A DNA stretch of 64,000 bases, from the IMG/VR virus record IMGVR_UViG_3300042350_003801. The stretch is one strand, 5' to 3'. A program made the translations under genes and the position numbers. Below the pieces are notes generated by a model that ran no database searches, was not told where the DNA came from, and saw only the letters and a program-made list of their open reading frames with translations. The stretch comes from a virus. Its lineage: Duplodnaviria; Caudoviricetes. Positions 60,623 through 64,000 of this stretch are shown here, piece by piece; positions within the stretch are counted from its first letter, which is position 1, and every line of letters begins with the position of its first letter.

Positions 60623-61063
60623 TTACTGGCTAATTTCTTCAAGATGTGGCGGAACAAAAGAAGCCCGAATACCCATAACGCCGCCCAACTCACTTTGAGC
60701 CTCGCTATTATCGGGTCTGAACTCATAATACACAGCATTCTCAATAAGAACCCGCTCGGGTCTATACCGATACTCATCAAGTATCTGCTGGTTCTTCATT
60801 TTAGGTTTATGCATTCTCTTTTCTTCTCGTTCATACTGCTCTATCGCAGAATCAACATCGTATTTTACTCTGCTGTTTAACAATTCAGGCGTTTTGATGA
60901 TGTATTCATTTAACTCTTTCGGAGAGTATTTAGTGTTTCTTTGAATCTGGTCATTAAGAACCCAAACTTTCTCTTCAGATAAACCGGTGCAACGGGAAAT
61001 ACAGAAAACAATCGTTGTTAATGTCAGAGATATAACTGTCCATCTAATAGCTTCTTTTTTCAC
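60623..61063 (-). CDS. Hypothetical protein with N-terminal membrane anchor
   Basis: Hydrophobic N-terminus, 146 aa. Confidence 0.7.
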   Translation of the reverse strand: MKKEAIRWTVISLTLTTIVFCISRCTGLSEEKVWVLNDQIQRNTKYSPKELNEYIIKTPELLNSRVKYDVDSAIEQYEREEKRMHKPKMKNQQILDEYRYRPERVLIENAVYYEFRPDNSEAQSELGGVMGIRASFVPPHLEEISQ

Positions 61064-61066
61064 CTA

Positions 61067-61597
61067 TCAATAAGAGCCAGGTTCTTGAAACACAGAGAGA
61101 AATACAGTTCCCTTCTTATAAAGTGGTAGAAGTTTATCTCTTAGATCAATGTTATAAAGTCTTACACAACCTAGTGTGGGGTATAGTGGTTGTCTGGGTG
61201 CCCAGGCTCCTGGCCAAAATGCGGCAGATCCGCCACCGTGAACCATAAGACCGGCTCTACCGTGACGAGCTTCCTGCCCTTCTAGTTCTACCATATCAAA
61301 TGACATCCACCCATATGCCATTAGGGTGCGATCATAGCGGGGGTAATCGCCGTAAGTTGCATAATCATTGTAAAGCTGTCCTAGCTTATAAAGGCCAGGA
61401 ACAGTATCACTTCCAGTTGCAGAAAATAGATAATCGCTACCTTGACCGCGAGCAAGAGCGGGGATTTCCCATAGAAGATTACCATAGAAATCGTATGCCT
61501 TTGCAGTCTCTACAATATCATTAACGACGATGTGAGTATCGCCAGGTTTAAATCCGAATTGTTTTGGACTTTTTCCAGGACCTACAGGTTTAGTCAT
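61067..61597 (-). CDS. L,D-transpeptidase-like (YkuD) catalytic domain protein
   Basis: PGLY.LG, MVHGGG...TLGCVR His/Cys motif. Confidence 0.7.
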   Translation of the reverse strand: MTKPVGPGKSPKQFGFKPGDTHIVVNDIVETAKAYDFYGNLLWEIPALARGQGSDYLFSATGSDTVPGLYKLGQLYNDYATYGDYPRYDRTLMAYGWMSFDMVELEGQEARHGRAGLMVHGGGSAAFWPGAWAPRQPLYPTLGCVRLYNIDLRDKLLPLYKKGTVFLSVFQEPGSY

Positions 61598-61628
61598 AAT
61601 TGCAGCATATTGAACTGTAATTATTTAT

Positions 61629-62126
61629 TTAATATGGATTGCCAGTGAAAACGACAAATAGAACAAAAAGAAAAACCGCAAATCCAATACCAGCAAAAAT
61701 ATTAAATTTAATTATTGGCACAAAAACAAATCCAATAAAAAGAAAAATGCCACCCAAAGTGCCAGCAATTCCCAAAGTAATGCCCAATGCGATAAGAACT
61801 TTAGAGAAAAAAGGTTCCCATAGAAATTCAAGAATATCCCAAATCTCTTTAAAAACAAAGACTATTCCGGTTCCACAAAAATTTAGGAATTTTTTACAAA
61901 GTCTAAGAAGGCCTTTACTTTTATCTCTAGGTGGATTCTTATACTCACTAAAAATTCTAAAGTTTTCAATAGCAGTAGGATCAGCAGAATCTAGCCACTC
62001 TAAAAATTTCTCAGAGTCATAAGAGTTAATTTTTTGCCAATCTTCTTCAAACTCTTCAAAGTAGTCTGGATTATTTTTCAGGAATGCAGTTGTGATTGGT
62101 CTGGTGTGTTTCATTGGTGGTTTCAT
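61629..62126 (-). CDS. Hypothetical membrane protein
   Basis: Two C-terminal hydrophobic segments. Confidence 0.65.
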   Translation of the reverse strand: MKPPMKHTRPITTAFLKNNPDYFEEFEEDWQKINSYDSEKFLEWLDSADPTAIENFRIFSEYKNPPRDKSKGLLRLCKKFLNFCGTGIVFVFKEIWDILEFLWEPFFSKVLIALGITLGIAGTLGGIFLFIGFVFVPIIKFNIFAGIGFAVFLFVLFVVFTGNPY

Positions 62127-62190
62127 AATAATACGGGCAAAGGGCTTCTCAAAAGAGAAACCCTTAACATTCCTAAATCAACCGTTTGAA

Positions 62191-62655
62191 TCAGTTAAGA
62201 ACTTCAAGACGAACATCGGCAAGACCACTGGAGGTTACTCCAAGATGACTTGCAATGCCTTGTCCAAGGTCTACAATACGGCCACCAACATAAGGTCCAC
62301 GGTCATTTACTCTTGCAACGGCACTACGACCATTGTTAAGATTAGTGATGCGAACTCTCGTGCCAAATGGCAGGCTACGGTGAGCAACAGTAAAGGTTCC
62401 CGGTCGGTAAGTTTCACCATTAGCAGTGCGATTACCATAGAATCCAGGACCATACCAACTTGCAACACCAGTGTATGCATAGGCAAGATTATGTTGAACC
62501 GAATGATTCTCCTCCATCATCCATTTATTCGTGTTAATAGAAGTTTCAGGAGAAACATCTATAGAATAAGAACTAGAAGAAATTGCTCGTGCCTGAACTG
62601 GGGCTAGCAGAACTGCACCGGCAAAAAGGATTGAGATAGTTTTGTTAATTTGCAT
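62191..62655 (-). CDS. rlpA: RlpA-like lytic transglycosylase (DPBB) with signal peptide
   Basis: G.ASWYGPGF.G..TANGE, AHRSLPFGT.V..TNL.NG.S...RVNDRGP..GRI.DL. Confidence 0.92.
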   Translation of the reverse strand: MQINKTISILFAGAVLLAPVQARAISSSSYSIDVSPETSINTNKWMMEENHSVQHNLAYAYTGVASWYGPGFYGNRTANGETYRPGTFTVAHRSLPFGTRVRITNLNNGRSAVARVNDRGPYVGGRIVDLGQGIASHLGVTSSGLADVRLEVLN

Positions 62656-62664
62656 TTAATTGAA

Positions 62665-62736
62665 TAGAACTCGACATCCAGGCTTGAGTACCGTCGCAAC
62701 GCCCCCGTTCTAAAAGGCAGCACTCCCTGGCTCTAG
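62665..62736 (-). ncRNA. Candidate structured 5' leader of rlpA
   Basis: Nested pairings TAGAGC/GTTCTA, CCAGG/CCTGG, GAGTGC/GTACTC closing a two-hairpin junction, ending 10 nt before ATG. Confidence 0.5.
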
Positions 62737-63172
62737 TAACACTTATTTCATTATGAAAAAGTATTTAGGATGAAATTAAACATCCTAATTAAGGATAACA
62801 CAGTTTTAAGGCTTATGGGGCAGCAGTGGCCAGTTGTGGTTCCGACCACTCTTCCACGATTGCTTTTGTGTAATCAGGAAGATTTTTGTCCGTGAGATGT
62901 TTACAGCGTTCAGAAACCCACTTCTTGTTGGCTTCTTCAATTTTTTGTTCGTTGTTCATAGTTATTTAAAATCTACAATGCAATCAAGAACGACGAAAAT
63001 TTGGCAGTAACTACCAAACATAAACCGATTCCAAAAATCAAGGCACTAACTCCTGCTGCAATTTTAATAAATTCCATCATTTGTGGTTAAAGGCATCACT
63101 AACATACATCATTTATTGGCCGATGGACCGTTCAGTGGACACTTCTTAAACTGTCCATAAATAGAAAGAAAA

Positions 63173-63631
63173 ATGTGGCTGTATAATAATCAAGTTCTTG
63201 AAACTGTTCCAGAAGGAATGGAGGGGTTTGTATATCTTATTGAGAACTTAACAAACAATAAGAAATACATCGGTAAAAAGCACTTCTGGGAAAGGAGAAA
63301 GGACCGTAAGACGGGTAGAAGAAAGACAAAAGAGAGCAGTTGGCAATCTTATATGGGGAGTTGCGATGAATTGATTGCCGATTATAAAGAACTAGGAAGG
63401 GTAAACTTCAGGAAAACTATTCTTTATCTTTGCCCGCATAAGAAATCAATGTCTTATTTTGAAACATTAGAGCAGTTCAAAAGAGATGTTATTATGCGCG
63501 AAGATTATTACAATACTAATGTTGAAGGCAAGTTTTTCACTTCAGAGAAAGACAACATTTACAGTAAGGTTTTAATATCTGAAACGGTTCAAGACCAATC
63601 TTCAAACATAAATCCACTTGCAGTTGAATAG
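63173..63631 (+). CDS. GIY-YIG Seg-like endonuclease
   Basis: GFVYLI.N..N.KKYIGKK, W..Y.GS, E......V.....YYN; ATAAATA at 63157-63163. Confidence 0.88.
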   Translation: MWLYNNQVLETVPEGMEGFVYLIENLTNNKKYIGKKHFWERRKDRKTGRRKTKESSWQSYMGSCDELIADYKELGRVNFRKTILYLCPHKKSMSYFETLEQFKRDVIMREDYYNTNVEGKFFTSEKDNIYSKVLISETVQDQSSNINPLAVE

Positions 63632-63993
63632 TGAATCTTTGTTATTCCATTATGTTTAAGAAACAAAGTACATAGAGGACACGGGCGGGAGTTTCGGAGT
63701 TTATTACCACCGTGGCCTCCAACTCTTGCGATAATAATTGTATCACCTTCCTCTTTCGCTCTTATTGTGGCCAAAATTTCGGAATGCAAAAACTGCTTTT
63801 TTGAATACACGTCATTATCGTGAATGCGACTTGCAAGAATAGCATACTTCTCTTGAATAGGATGAGTCTTTCTATCATAATTACAGGCAGCGGAGATAAT
63901 TTTTCTTTTTTTAAGAAGTATACTTCCAACTCGTTTTTTAGAAGGAGATGCCATTGCAACCGAAATTGCACTATTAAGAATCTCCGGTTTCAT
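63589..63993 (-). CDS. Cytidine/dCMP deaminase-fold protein
   Basis: HSE and RPCPLC zinc-binding motifs. Confidence 0.8.
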   Translation of the reverse strand: MKPEILNSAISVAMASPSKKRVGSILLKKRKIISAACNYDRKTHPIQEKYAILASRIHDNDVYSKKQFLHSEILATIRAKEEGDTIIIARVGGHGGNKLRNSRPCPLCTLFLKHNGITKIHYSTASGFMFEDWS

Positions 63994-64000
63994 TTGCGAC

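Overview
AT-rich segment of a T4-like myovirus genome, most likely a cyanophage. It holds a baseplate/tail module (gp5-, gp26-, gp51-, gp4-, gp2-, gp48- and gp53-like), replication and late-transcription genes (gp32, gp59, gp33), phoH, thyX, speD and grx. Accessory content includes a four-gene NAD/ADP-ribose operon, a nine-gene glycosylation cluster, three tRNA genes (one split by a group I intron) and many small early ORFs. The most striking signal is an apparent RNA-guided homing system. An intact TnpB without TnpA (1529-2725) has its 3' omegaRNA scaffold repeated 32 kb away as a protein-free, late-promoter-driven copy (34635-34793). The guide of that copy is an old allele of the neighbouring gene, whose resident copy is recoded in the predicted seed. 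Both sites reconstruct to the empty target AGATG|TAT. TnpB and a free-standing I-Ssp6803I-like endonuclease beside the intron-containing tRNA-Arg share the same upstream module: late promoter, hairpin sRNA, terminator, second late promoter, with the sRNA loop complementary to the nuclease 5' UTR. All family calls come from motif recognition by eye; no database searches or folding programs were run.
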